A stretch of 35,320 nt of DNA, from positions 1 through 35,320 of the forward strand of contig PCSG01000397.1 of the NCBI GenBank assembly GCA_002772195.1, written 5' to 3'. Position numbers and translations under genes: made by a program. The notes under the pieces were generated by a model, which had not been told where the DNA came from, did no database searches, and saw nothing but the letters and a program-made list of their open reading frames with translations. Below, piece after piece: positions 5,953 to 15,575 of this stretch (the stretch's first letter is position 1; each line of letters begins with the position of its first letter). Source of the DNA: Desulfobacterales bacterium CG23_combo_of_CG06-09_8_20_14_all_51_8 (GTDB taxonomy: Bacteria; Desulfobacterota; Desulfobacteria; Desulfobacterales; Desulfosalsimonadaceae).

Positions 5953-7776
5953 ATGGAAAACACTCTTGCCCTTCAACTGCCATCCATTTCATCCGGTCCC
6001 GGCGTTTATCTAATGAAGGATGACCGGGGCAAAATAATCTATGTGGGCAAGGCGGCCAATTTAAAAAAACGTCTGGCATCCTATTTTATCAAGCAGACCC
6101 ACCCGGATTTAAAAACCGGTGTATTGGTAAAGCAAATCACCTCCTTTGATACCATTGTCACCCCGTCGGAAAACGAAGCGTTAATTCTCGAATCCACCCT
6201 CATTAAAAAGCACAAGCCGCGATACAATATTCTTTTAAAGGACGACAAGCGGTATCCGTCCATCCGCATTGACCTGACCAGCGACTATCCCTGCCTGCAG
6301 GTCGTCCGGAAAACCGGAAATGACCGTGCCCTGTATTTCGGCCCTTATACCTCGCCGGGCTCGGTCCGGGACACCATCAAAATCATCAATAAAACCTTTA
6401 AACTGCGCAAATGCCAGTCCGACCGGGTCAAGCCCCGGTCCCGGCCATGCCTGAATTATCAGATGGGACTTTGTCTTGCGCCCTGCTGTTATCCGGTGGA
6501 CCAACAGGCATATCGGGAAATGGTGGACGAGGTCCGGATGTTTTTAAACGGCCGGACCCATGACCTGATCCGGAAATTCACCGCTGAAATGACGGTGGCG
6601 GCCGAACGGCAAGCGTTTGAACAAGCGGCAAGGCTGCGGGATAAAATTTTCGCCCTTCAAAACACCGTGGAAAAACAGATTGCAGTCACCCCGGATTTCG
6701 TCGACCGGGATGTCATCGCTTTTGTCCGAAATGACATGATGGCCGTTGTGGTGGTGCTCCTGGTGCGGAACGGATTTTTGCAGGCCGTGCGCCAGTTCGT
6801 TTTCAAGGATGCGATTTCATCGGACCATGAGATTGTGGATGCTTTTATAAAGCAGTATTATGCAAAATCCGATTATATCCCCAAAGAAATCATTGTACCG
6901 CTGCATCTTGAGGATACGCCTGTCTATGCCGGGTGGCTTTCGGACATCAAGGGATCGGCGGTTCATATCATTCTACCGAAGCGCGGGGACAAATTGCGTC
7001 TGTTGACCATGGCCGAAGATAATGCCCGAACCCGGCTCACCCGCATGATGGATGAAATGGCTGCAGGAGCAGAACTGCTTGCGGGTTTGGCGCGGAGGCT
7101 GCAATTAAAGGCTCCGCCTCGGCGCATTGAGTGTTTTGACAATTCCGGCATGTCGGGCAGTAATCTGGTGTCCGCAAGGGTGGTGTTCGTCGATGGCCGG
7201 CCGGAGAAAAAAAGTTATCGGAAGTACACGATCAAAACCGTTGACCTTCAGGATGATTACGCGTCCATGAATGAAGTGCTGGAGCGGCGCTTTAAAAAGA
7301 GCAACCAGGATTCTGATCTTCCGGATCTCTTGATGGTGGATGGGGGCAGGGGGCAGTTGAATATCGCAATATCGGTGATCGAACGGCTGGGCCTGAAGGG
7401 CGCCTTTACCATTATCGGCATTGCCAAAAAAGATGTGGACCGGAATGAGCCAACGGATAAAATCTATTTGCCCGGACGGGTCAATCCCGTGAATTTCGGC
7501 AACGACATGGACGCGCTGTTTTTGCTTCAGCGCATCCGGGATGAGGCCCACCGGTTCGCCATTGCATTCCACCGGCAAAAACGCGGAAAAACCGCCCTGC
7601 ACTCGGCTCTCGACGCCATCCCCGGCATCGGCAAACGGCGCAAAGCGGCTTTGATGAAAAAATTCAAGAGGTTTCAGCGGTTGCGGGAGGCGTCGGTGGA
7701 AGAGCTGGCCGGAACCCCCGGCATCAGTTCGGATTTGGCCCGGACACTTTTTACCGCATTGAACAAAGCCCCATGA
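5953..7776 (+). CDS. uvrC: Excinuclease ABC subunit C
   Basis: GIY-YIG N-terminus 'GVYLMKDDRGKIIYVGKAANLKKR', UVR motif 'FEQAARLRDKI', and a C-terminal endonuclease plus (HhH)2 'IPGIGKRRKAAL'. ATG 5953 is preferred over the TTG at 5935 that overlaps the uvrB stop. Confidence 0.95.
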   Translation: MENTLALQLPSISSGPGVYLMKDDRGKIIYVGKAANLKKRLASYFIKQTHPDLKTGVLVKQITSFDTIVTPSENEALILESTLIKKHKPRYNILLKDDKRYPSIRIDLTSDYPCLQVVRKTGNDRALYFGPYTSPGSVRDTIKIINKTFKLRKCQSDRVKPRSRPCLNYQMGLCLAPCCYPVDQQAYREMVDEVRMFLNGRTHDLIRKFTAEMTVAAERQAFEQAARLRDKIFALQNTVEKQIAVTPDFVDRDVIAFVRNDMMAVVVVLLVRNGFLQAVRQFVFKDAISSDHEIVDAFIKQYYAKSDYIPKEIIVPLHLEDTPVYAGWLSDIKGSAVHIILPKRGDKLRLLTMAEDNARTRLTRMMDEMAAGAELLAGLARRLQLKAPPRRIECFDNSGMSGSNLVSARVVFVDGRPEKKSYRKYTIKTVDLQDDYASMNEVLERRFKKSNQDSDLPDLLMVDGGRGQLNIAISVIERLGLKGAFTIIGIAKKDVDRNEPTDKIYLPGRVNPVNFGNDMDALFLLQRIRDEAHRFAIAFHRQKRGKTALHSALDAIPGIGKRRKAALMKKFKRFQRLREASVEELAGTPGISSDLARTLFTALNKAP

Positions 7777-7911
7777 CGGCTTCAATAGAAATAAAATTTC
7801 AATTTTTTGAGAAATTTATTGTTTTGTTTTTCTCGCAGAGACGCTGGGTCCGCGGAGGGAGATGCCTTTAATGGTCTTATTCTCTGCGCCCCTGCGCGAC
7901 GATCTTTCATG

Positions 7912-8925
<1,014 letters not shown>

Positions 8926-9168
8926 TTATATGTTGATTCATGTCAATATATAAAATAATTTAAATTTAACTGCTTGTTATTTTAACTATAAAATATTTCA
9001 ATCAAATTGTAAGTTTTGCTTACTTTTTTAAAATTGTGCGGAAACCTGGACCATTGCTTCAGATTGCGAGCGAACTGGTGTCCGGATGCCGTCCTCCCAA
9101 GAATATTGGTACCGCGTGATAATTTCTTTGAAAACCGCTTAAAATTCAGGCAGATTTTAACACCTTTC

Positions 9169-9197
9169 TTGACAACAGGGATGATTGTCGGTATCAA
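9169..9197 (+). promoter_or_regulatory. Sigma70-like promoter candidate (TTGACA-17 nt-TATCAA)
   Basis: TTGACA 9169-9174, a 17-nt spacer, and TATCAA 9192-9197, in the 511-bp AT-rich intergenic region upstream of the histidine kinase gene. Motif match only. Confidence 0.3.
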
Positions 9198-9355
9198 AAT
9201 AATGCCTGCTTTGACAACCGCATTTGTTTGGCGGGTCGTTTTTCTCTCATTTTTTTTCAACCAGGATATGACCTTTTTTCGTTAAATTATGCTAATATAT
9301 GGAAAATTTCATTGATGAAATCAACCCCTGCGAACAGATCGGATAACCCCTTCCG

Positions 9356-10234
9356 ATGGATTTTGAATTCATGCCTGATCAGATCAATAAACAGAAAGAT
9401 GCTTTGACGGATGCCTGCTGTCAAGGGGCACTGGAAAAAGAAATCCATAAAACAATCGAATCCGGCCCTCTGACGGGAAGACCAGCCCGATCCGGCAAAA
9501 TGGAAGCTCTGGAAGTGGTCGCCAGTGGCGTTGCCCATGATTTGAACAATATCCTTTCAGGAATTGTCACCTATCCTGAGCTGCTGCTCATGAGAAAAGA
9601 TCTTGATGAGAAAACCCGCAAGGCCCTGAAGGTTATTCGGGACTCAGGCGAGCGGGCCGCCGCGTTGATCGGAGATCTGACCACCATCGCCAGAAACAAT
9701 GCTTCCAATCGGGAAGAGATCAGCATCAACAGTATGGTTCAGGAATATTTACAGTCTCCGGACTACCGCAAGCTGCAACTGTCCCAGGACGGTATCGCTC
9801 TCAAATTAAATCTTGATTCCCGTTTGTTTACTATTGATGCCTCCCGCCTTCATATTCGACGAAGCGTCATGCATCTGGTGGCAAACGCCGCGGAAGCCAT
9901 CGGATCAAACGGACAGATCCTTATTTCAACTGCTAATTGTTTGCTGGGCGTGCCTTTAAGGCCCTATTCGGAAGTAAAAAAAGGTGAATACGCGCTTTTA
10001 ACCGTTGCTCATACCGGCGGTATTTCAGAGCAGCATATCGACCGGATTTTTGAACCCTTCTATACCCGAAAAGTGATGGGTAGAAAAGGCACGGGTCTGG
10101 AATTAACGGTTGTATGGTATACGGCTGCCGACCATAACGGCTATGCCGTTGTGACAGGCGATACGACATCCACCCGGTTTGACCTTTATTTTCCCAGGAC
10201 CCGCCATCTGGCCCGGGAACAGGGGTGCGAATAA
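9356..10234 (+). CDS. Soluble sensor histidine kinase (HisKA + HATPase_c, no obvious sensor domain or adjacent response regulator)
   Basis: H-box 'VASGVAHDLNNILSGI', N-box 'LVANAAEAI', G-box 'GTGLELTVV'. No TM segment. The exact start is uncertain. Confidence 0.85.
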   Translation: MDFEFMPDQINKQKDALTDACCQGALEKEIHKTIESGPLTGRPARSGKMEALEVVASGVAHDLNNILSGIVTYPELLLMRKDLDEKTRKALKVIRDSGERAAALIGDLTTIARNNASNREEISINSMVQEYLQSPDYRKLQLSQDGIALKLNLDSRLFTIDASRLHIRRSVMHLVANAAEAIGSNGQILISTANCLLGVPLRPYSEVKKGEYALLTVAHTGGISEQHIDRIFEPFYTRKVMGRKGTGLELTVVWYTAADHNGYAVVTGDTTSTRFDLYFPRTRHLAREQGCE

Positions 10235-10329
10235 ATTCAGCTTGGTTCTTCAGTTTTTTGTATAAACAACGCTTCAAATATGCTATATTTTATTCGTTAT
10301 GGCATTTTTTTAATCGGGACAGGCATCAG

Positions 10330-10524
10330 ATGGATTTAGGCGTAAAAATAAAAAAATATTACCAGGAAGCGGAACTATACAACGAGCAAGGACTGCTGAC
10401 CGAAGCGCTGGAAAAATACAAGGCGGTGGAAGCCCTGATCAAATCCACCAGCAATATCCGCAACCGTCAAGGATTACTGAAACAGGTCGCCGCAAGAATT
10501 GATGAAGCCGCCAAAAAACTTTAG
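10330..10524 (+). CDS. Small TPR-like/helical hypothetical protein (64 aa from the internal ATG)
   Basis: 'YYQEAELYNEQGLLTEALEKYKAVEALI' resembles a single TPR-like hairpin. The upstream part of the 10225 ORF is Phe/Tyr-rich AT-rich sequence and unlikely to be coding. Confidence 0.4.
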   Translation: MDLGVKIKKYYQEAELYNEQGLLTEALEKYKAVEALIKSTSNIRNRQGLLKQVAARIDEAAKKL

Positions 10525-10536
10525 AAACTGGATGGT

Positions 10537-11247
10537 GTGAAGCCCACGCTGACAGTCAATGAAGAAGCCCAGTCGCTGATGAAGGAAATGTATAGTTTTG
10601 ATGATCCAGAGGCAAAAGGCTCTTCAGCTCTGGGAGGCGCCATTGCTTTGGCGAAATTCGGGCAATATGATAAAGCCATTGAAGAGCTGAACCGATTGCT
10701 CGAATATGACACACTGCGGCTGGAAGCGGCAAAAAACATCCTCTGGTGCTGGATGCAGCAGAATTATGCAGACTATGCCGTTTCTCTTTACCAGAAATGG
10801 CGGAAGAGCAACCTGTTTCCGCCAAAAGAAACGGATGAAATCCATCGATATTTTGTTAAATTGATGGATGAGGCCGGCGTTGACCATGAATTTGATGGAC
10901 TTGAATCTCAGCGGACTATTGAACCGGATTCTGAAATTAATGATGATGATATTCTGGATATCAGTTCCGTCAAGTTTGTTTTGCCGCACGGAGCCAAGGA
11001 AGGGGAAAAAATTGAACTGGAAATCAGTTTTCAGTCCGGCAAATATATTCGCATGATCATTCCCAAAAAGGAAAAGGATTTGATTGACGGCATCCATCCG
11101 GGTGACCTGCTTAAGGATATTGCTTTTTATTCTCCGGTGGCCATTTTTTCCGGTGAGGGATATGTCTCATCCAAAAATGAAATCCATGCGGGTCCCAAAA
11201 GAGGGGATTTCAGCCTGGAAATTAAAATCATTAAAATTGTCTCTTAA
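10537..11247 (+). CDS. Hypothetical protein with a helical (TPR-like) N-terminal half and a beta-rich C-terminal half (possibly a degenerate PilZ-like barrel)
   Basis: 236-aa ORF (GTG start in the ORF track; the start is uncertain). It is co-directional and closely spaced with the mglA-like gene. No canonical motif was recognised. Confidence 0.55.
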   Translation: MKPTLTVNEEAQSLMKEMYSFDDPEAKGSSALGGAIALAKFGQYDKAIEELNRLLEYDTLRLEAAKNILWCWMQQNYADYAVSLYQKWRKSNLFPPKETDEIHRYFVKLMDEAGVDHEFDGLESQRTIEPDSEINDDDILDISSVKFVLPHGAKEGEKIELEISFQSGKYIRMIIPKKEKDLIDGIHPGDLLKDIAFYSPVAIFSGEGYVSSKNEIHAGPKRGDFSLEIKIIKIVS

Positions 11248-11320
11248 GAAAATCAATGAATCAATTTTCAGGCATGGGGAGACAAGGTAAACAGCTAACG
11301 GATTTTTTTGGGAGTTCAAG

Positions 11321-11935
11321 ATGGCGGTCATTAATCTGAAAAATCGACAGATAGAGTGCAAGCTGGTTTATTACGGACCGGGCCGAAGCGGCAAGACAAC
11401 CAATCTGGAATATATCCATAAGGCGTTTAGCAAACGGGTGACCGGTAAAATGATTTCCATTGATACAGAAGGGGACCGGACTCTGTTTTTTGATTTTTTA
11501 CCCCTGGGTCTGGGAAAAATTAAAGGGTGTGATATTAAAGTCCAGCTCTACACCGTTCCGGGTCAGGTGAAATACAAGGCCACCCGCCAGTTGGTTTTAA
11601 AAGGGGTTGACGGCATTGTGTTTGTTGCGGATTCCCTGGCGGTGAGGCGTGAGAAAAACATGCTTTCCCTCAAAGATCTTCATGAAAACCTGCTGAAAAT
11701 GGGGTTGAGTATTCGAAAAATTCCCCTGGTGCTTCAGTATAACAAGCGGGACCTCGAAAAAAAAGGATTGCCCGTGATGCCGGTTGAAAAAATGGAACTG
11801 GAGTTGAACCGGCAGTTGAAGGTTCCGTCATTTCCCGCCAGCGCTTTGTCCGGGGAAGGTGTCGGGAACACATTGACCCAGGCCCTCAAGCTGACCTTGC
11901 AGTCTCTTCAGAATGAATTTAAATGGGCGCAATAG
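11321..11935 (+). CDS. mglA: MglA-family Ras-like small GTPase
   Basis: 'KLVYYGPGRSGKTTNL', 'DRTLFFDFLP', 'LYTVPGQV', 'GVDGIVFVADS' and 'QYNKRDL' line up nearly motif-for-motif with Myxococcus MglA. GGGAG SD 6 nt upstream. Confidence 0.9.
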   Translation: MAVINLKNRQIECKLVYYGPGRSGKTTNLEYIHKAFSKRVTGKMISIDTEGDRTLFFDFLPLGLGKIKGCDIKVQLYTVPGQVKYKATRQLVLKGVDGIVFVADSLAVRREKNMLSLKDLHENLLKMGLSIRKIPLVLQYNKRDLEKKGLPVMPVEKMELELNRQLKVPSFPASALSGEGVGNTLTQALKLTLQSLQNEFKWAQ

Positions 11936-11942
11936 CGGACAG

Positions 11943-13115
11943 ATGAACTCAAATGTCGTATTAAAAGGAAGTCTGGCTTTTTTAAATCTGGGGGAGCTGC
12001 TTCAGCTCTTAGGCATGTCCGGAAGCAGCGGTATCCTGAAACTCACCAGTAATCATACGGAACATTCCGGGTTTATTTATATGATGGATGGCAACCCCGT
12101 GGATGCGGAATTCCAGGGCACCAAAGGTCAGGATGTGCTAAACACCTTTTTCGGCTGGGTGGATGCTGAATTTGAATTCAGTGAGGAAAAAATACTGCAC
12201 CGCCGAACCATTCAGAAGAGCCGGATGGAAATCATCCTGGACGGACTGCGGATGGTGGATGATGGATTAACCCATAAAATCGGACAAGCATCCTCCAAAA
12301 AATCCAGCGTGGACATAAAAGATGCGTCCGGAATCCCCATCATCAAAGGCCCCCTTGTGGATTATCTGTATATTGTGGATGAGGATGATTTTTCCGACGG
12401 CCAGGAAATCGTGGTACAGTCTAAATTCGGCAACTGGCTCTGGGTGATTCTGGAAGGCACGGTAGCGGTGGTGAGACAGATGCCCGGGGGGCCGGTGACC
12501 ATCAATAAATTATCTGAAGGCGCATTTATCGGCGGCATTGGTTCCTTAAAAGAAAAAACAAACATCCGAAACGCCACCGTCTGCGCGGTGGGGAAAGTCC
12601 AGCTGGGGGTTATCGACTTTCATCGGATTATGGAAGAATTTTCCAAAATATCTCAAGATTTAAAGCAGGTCCTGTTCTCTTTGGATAAACGGTTAGCACA
12701 GGTGACAACCGTCTGCGCAAACGTGCATTTTAAAAAAATTAAACTCCATAAGACCATGGAAGACATGCAGGCTTTTTCTTTTTCCGAACACCCGGAAGAT
12801 AAAATTCTGAAAATCGTATCCGGCAGAGCGGTTATCGCAAAACAAATCAATGATCATTTCATTGAATTATGCGAGTTGGCCCCTGAAGATGTCATCGGGA
12901 ATATCCCTTTTTTAGGCACTTCCCACGAACCCCATTCCGCCATGGTGTTTGTTTCAGATCCATTCCAGGTGAGTTCCATCGATCTGATCGATTTGAAAGA
13001 AGAGTATGATGAATTGTCCCAAACATTTAAAAACATGATTGTTCATACATCCACCTCTTTGTCCGTAACAACCGGCAGGCTGATGGATATGATCAAAAAA
13101 CCAGTAACCCAATAA
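11943..13115 (+). CDS. DUF4388 (PATAN-like) domain protein with two degenerate cyclic-nucleotide-binding-like domains
   Basis: 'LKGSLAFLNLGELLQLLGMSGSSGILKL' is the DUF4388 signature. 'WLWVILEGTVAVV...GAFIGG...RNATVCA' is a cNMP-type beta-barrel, and a second weaker copy follows. An alternative ATG at 11913 overlaps the mglA 3' end. Confidence 0.72.
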   Translation: MNSNVVLKGSLAFLNLGELLQLLGMSGSSGILKLTSNHTEHSGFIYMMDGNPVDAEFQGTKGQDVLNTFFGWVDAEFEFSEEKILHRRTIQKSRMEIILDGLRMVDDGLTHKIGQASSKKSSVDIKDASGIPIIKGPLVDYLYIVDEDDFSDGQEIVVQSKFGNWLWVILEGTVAVVRQMPGGPVTINKLSEGAFIGGIGSLKEKTNIRNATVCAVGKVQLGVIDFHRIMEEFSKISQDLKQVLFSLDKRLAQVTTVCANVHFKKIKLHKTMEDMQAFSFSEHPEDKILKIVSGRAVIAKQINDHFIELCELAPEDVIGNIPFLGTSHEPHSAMVFVSDPFQVSSIDLIDLKEEYDELSQTFKNMIVHTSTSLSVTTGRLMDMIKKPVTQ

Positions 13116-13240
13116 GGGCTTGAAGGAAGTTTTCTTTTTCTTTTTTTAAAAAAATGATATTTAATTCTACTTTATAAAGTTCTCGTATTCAATTTTCATT
13201 GAAACAGATAACCTATTTCTTGGTCATAAGGAGCGACGCA

Positions 13241-13591
13241 ATGGGAATCAATAAGCGCAAACACGAGAGATTCGATGCATTAAATCTTTTATCTTACATC
13301 ACCATTGATTCAGACGGGAAGGAATGGGATCAGGGTATGGGCCGGACATTAAATATCAGTGAAAGCGGCCTTCAACTAGAAACCCATGCCCCCGTGGACA
13401 CCAAAAACACGCTGCTGATTTCTATCGGTATTGAGGATGATCTCGTTGAAATCAGAGGCAAAGCAGTCTATACCAATCGTGGTGACAATGATAAATTTGA
13501 ATCCGGCATCGAATTTATTGAAGTCAAGCCGGAGGCTTTATCCGTGTTGAGAAAATTCATCCGTGCATTTCAGAAACAATATGCAAAATAG
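13241..13591 (+). CDS. Stand-alone PilZ domain protein (c-di-GMP receptor type)
   Basis: 'KRKHERF' (RxxxR) and 'LNISESGLQL' (D/NxSxxG) motifs. AAGGAG SD at 13228-13233, 7 nt before the ATG. Confidence 0.8.
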   Translation: MGINKRKHERFDALNLLSYITIDSDGKEWDQGMGRTLNISESGLQLETHAPVDTKNTLLISIGIEDDLVEIRGKAVYTNRGDNDKFESGIEFIEVKPEALSVLRKFIRAFQKQYAK

Positions 13592-13661
13592 GATCTATTG
13601 AACAGTCACCACGCTGCTGGATTTTGCTTCAATCCGGACCCGATGTGATTTAGGATTTTTT

Positions 13662-14546
13662 ATGAAACACCCTGCGATTTTTGAAACTGATTTCCCGAAC
13701 CTCAAATTGATCAAGCGAGGAAAAGTCAGAGATATCTATGATCTGGATGAAGCCCTGTTGATGATCGCCACGGACCGCATTTCCGCTTATGATGTGATCA
13801 TGCCCAATCCGGTGCCGGGCAAAGGGGAGATTTTGACGCGGATTTCCCTGTTCTGGTTCGATGTGATGAAGAATATTGTCGCCAATCATCTGATTTCCGG
13901 GAATGTGGATGACTATCCCAAATCCTGCAAACCCTATGCGGATGCGTTGCGCGGCCGAAGCATGCTGGTGAAAAAAGCATCGCCGTTGCCCGTTGAATGT
14001 GTGGTGCGCGGATATATTTCCGGATCCGGGTGGAAATCCTATCAGGAAACCGGAAGGGTCTGCGGCATCCGCCTGCCGGCGGGCCTGAAAGAATCCGAAC
14101 AGTTGGCCGAACCCATTTTCACGCCATCCACCAAAGAGGAGCAGGGGACCCATGACATTAATATTGATTTTGATGAAACCGTGAAACTTATCGGTGCGTC
14201 CCTGGCTGAAAAGGTCCGGGATCTGAGTCTCGCCATTTACAAAAAAGGAGCCCGGCTGGCTGCTGAAAAAGGCATCCTCATCGCCGATACCAAATTTGAA
14301 TTCGGCCTGCTCGATGACCAGCTCATCCTGATTGATGAAATTCTGACCCCCGATTCCTCCCGGTTCTGGCCAAAGGAAACTTACTGCCCCGGCGGTCCGC
14401 AAAACAGTTTCGACAAACAGTATCTGCGGGATTACCTCATTGCCATCAAATGGGATAAAACCCCGCCCGCTCCATCTTTGCCCGAAGAAGTCATTCAAAA
14501 CACCCGCCAAAAATACATGGAGGCACTGACCTCCCTGACCCGTTAA
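13662..14546 (+). CDS. purC: Phosphoribosylaminoimidazole-succinocarboxamide (SAICAR) synthase
   Basis: 294 aa. '[27 protein letters not shown]' and '[11 protein letters not shown]' are typical long-form PurC. Confidence 0.95.
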   Translation: MKHPAIFETDFPNLKLIKRGKVRDIYDLDEALLMIATDRISAYDVIMPNPVPGKGEILTRISLFWFDVMKNIVANHLISGNVDDYPKSCKPYADALRGRSMLVKKASPLPVECVVRGYISGSGWKSYQETGRVCGIRLPAGLKESEQLAEPIFTPSTKEEQGTHDINIDFDETVKLIGASLAEKVRDLSLAIYKKGARLAAEKGILIADTKFEFGLLDDQLILIDEILTPDSSRFWPKETYCPGGPQNSFDKQYLRDYLIAIKWDKTPPAPSLPEEVIQNTRQKYMEALTSLTR

Positions 14547-14555
14547 ATCATTCCT

Positions 14556-15575
14556 ATGAAATCTGTTTCAGATACGCCGGTTTTTGAAACCATCGACCTC
14601 GGACGCATTGATTCAGAAAATCTTTTTTTTAAAATCAGTTTTGAATCATCGCCATCCACGGATTCGGGGGCTATGGCAGTCGATGCCCTCAAGGCATCCA
14701 TCGCGCGCATCGGGCTTGTCTCCCCACCTATTTTAAAATTACAACCGGAAAACCGATATATTGTCGTCAGCGGGTTTAGAAGAATCTCAGTATGCCGGGC
14801 GTTGGGTTTGCAAAAAATACCCGCGCGCGTCATGGGCCTGGGGAGTGATGACGGGCAGTTAATGAAACTCGCCATCGCTGACAATGCCTTTAACCGGTCC
14901 CTGAATATCATCGAACAGGCAACGGCGATATTCAAGTTATCGCCATTTCTCCCTGATGATGACCGCACATGGCATAGCGAATGCGATCCGATCGGTTTAA
15001 CCGTCAATCCCGGGCTGATCCGCAAACTTAAAAAAATCCGTGCCGCGTCCAGCGACCTGAAAGAGAAAATAGCGGCCGGAAAAATTTCCTTGACCGTCGG
15101 CCTTGAACTGGCGGGCATGGACGATGGTTCCCGGGTTCAGTTTTTAACTATTTTTGATGCCTTGAGTCCCACCTTAAATCATCAGAAAGAAATGATCCGC
15201 ATGGCCGGAGAAATCGCCTGTTTAGAGGACAAACCCATATCGAAAATTTTTAATAGCCTGGAAATTGACAATATCATCAAAGATCCGGACATGGACCGAA
15301 ACATGAAAATCAGCCGGGTCCGCCGGAAATTAAAGGACCGGCGCTATCCGGAAATTTCCGGGTTTGAAAAAACCTATCACGCCCGGGTCAAACGCCTTAC
15401 GCTGCCGGAATCCATTGCCCTGCATCCCCCGACGGATTTTGAAGGCAATGACTTCATGATTCAATTCACGTTCCGGGGTCTGCCTCAGTTTAAAGAGATC
15501 TGCGACAATCTTTTGAGGCTCCGGGACCATCCGGATTTTGCCGCTATTTTAGAAAAGAGCCGTGAAGATAACTGA
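14556..15575 (+). CDS. ParB/Srx-fold (ParB N-terminal-like) domain protein
   Basis: 'RYIVVSGFRRISVCRALGLQKIPARV' resembles the ParB-box GxxRxxA region. The remaining ~230 aa are unassigned. It starts 9 nt after purC and overlaps the next gene by 14 nt. Confidence 0.65.
   Translation: MKSVSDTPVFETIDLGRIDSENLFFKISFESSPSTDSGAMAVDALKASIARIGLVSPPILKLQPENRYIVVSGFRRISVCRALGLQKIPARVMGLGSDDGQLMKLAIADNAFNRSLNIIEQATAIFKLSPFLPDDDRTWHSECDPIGLTVNPGLIRKLKKIRAASSDLKEKIAAGKISLTVGLELAGMDDGSRVQFLTIFDALSPTLNHQKEMIRMAGEIACLEDKPISKIFNSLEIDNIIKDPDMDRNMKISRVRRKLKDRRYPEISGFEKTYHARVKRLTLPESIALHPPTDFEGNDFMIQFTFRGLPQFKEICDNLLRLRDHPDFAAILEKSREDN

Noticed and set aside
7105-7785. 226-aa ORF antisense to the uvrC 3' half, plus other antisense ORFs (14543-15118, 15685-16245, 27251-27754, 28370-28921, 30700-31209, 10624-11097)
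   Set aside because: Each overlaps a sense-strand gene that carries clear family motifs. None has its own motif or RBS, so all are treated as shadow ORFs.
8982-9285. Two mutually overlapping ORFs (92 aa minus strand, 89 aa plus strand) in the mdh/kinase intergenic region
   Set aside because: The sequence is AT-rich with Lys/Phe/Ile-heavy low-information translations. Neither has an RBS, and each occupies the other's antisense strand. This is more likely promoter/UTR DNA.
11248-13200. Looked for an MglB (Roadblock/LC7) gene next to the mglA-like gene
   Set aside because: No ORF of suitable size or pattern lies on either side. The flanking ORFs are TPR-like and DUF4388/cNMP instead. The absence is reported as part of the MglA finding.
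13592-13661. Possible purine/ZTP riboswitch upstream of purC
   Set aside because: The leader is only 70 nt and lacks the conserved ZTP (pfl) or purine-riboswitch core sequences. Only a weak 5-bp hairpin (GGATT...AATCC) is present.
13650-14510. 286-aa ORF antisense to purC
   Set aside because: It is a mirror frame of an unmistakable purC and has no recognisable domain. Long antisense ORFs arise from codon bias.
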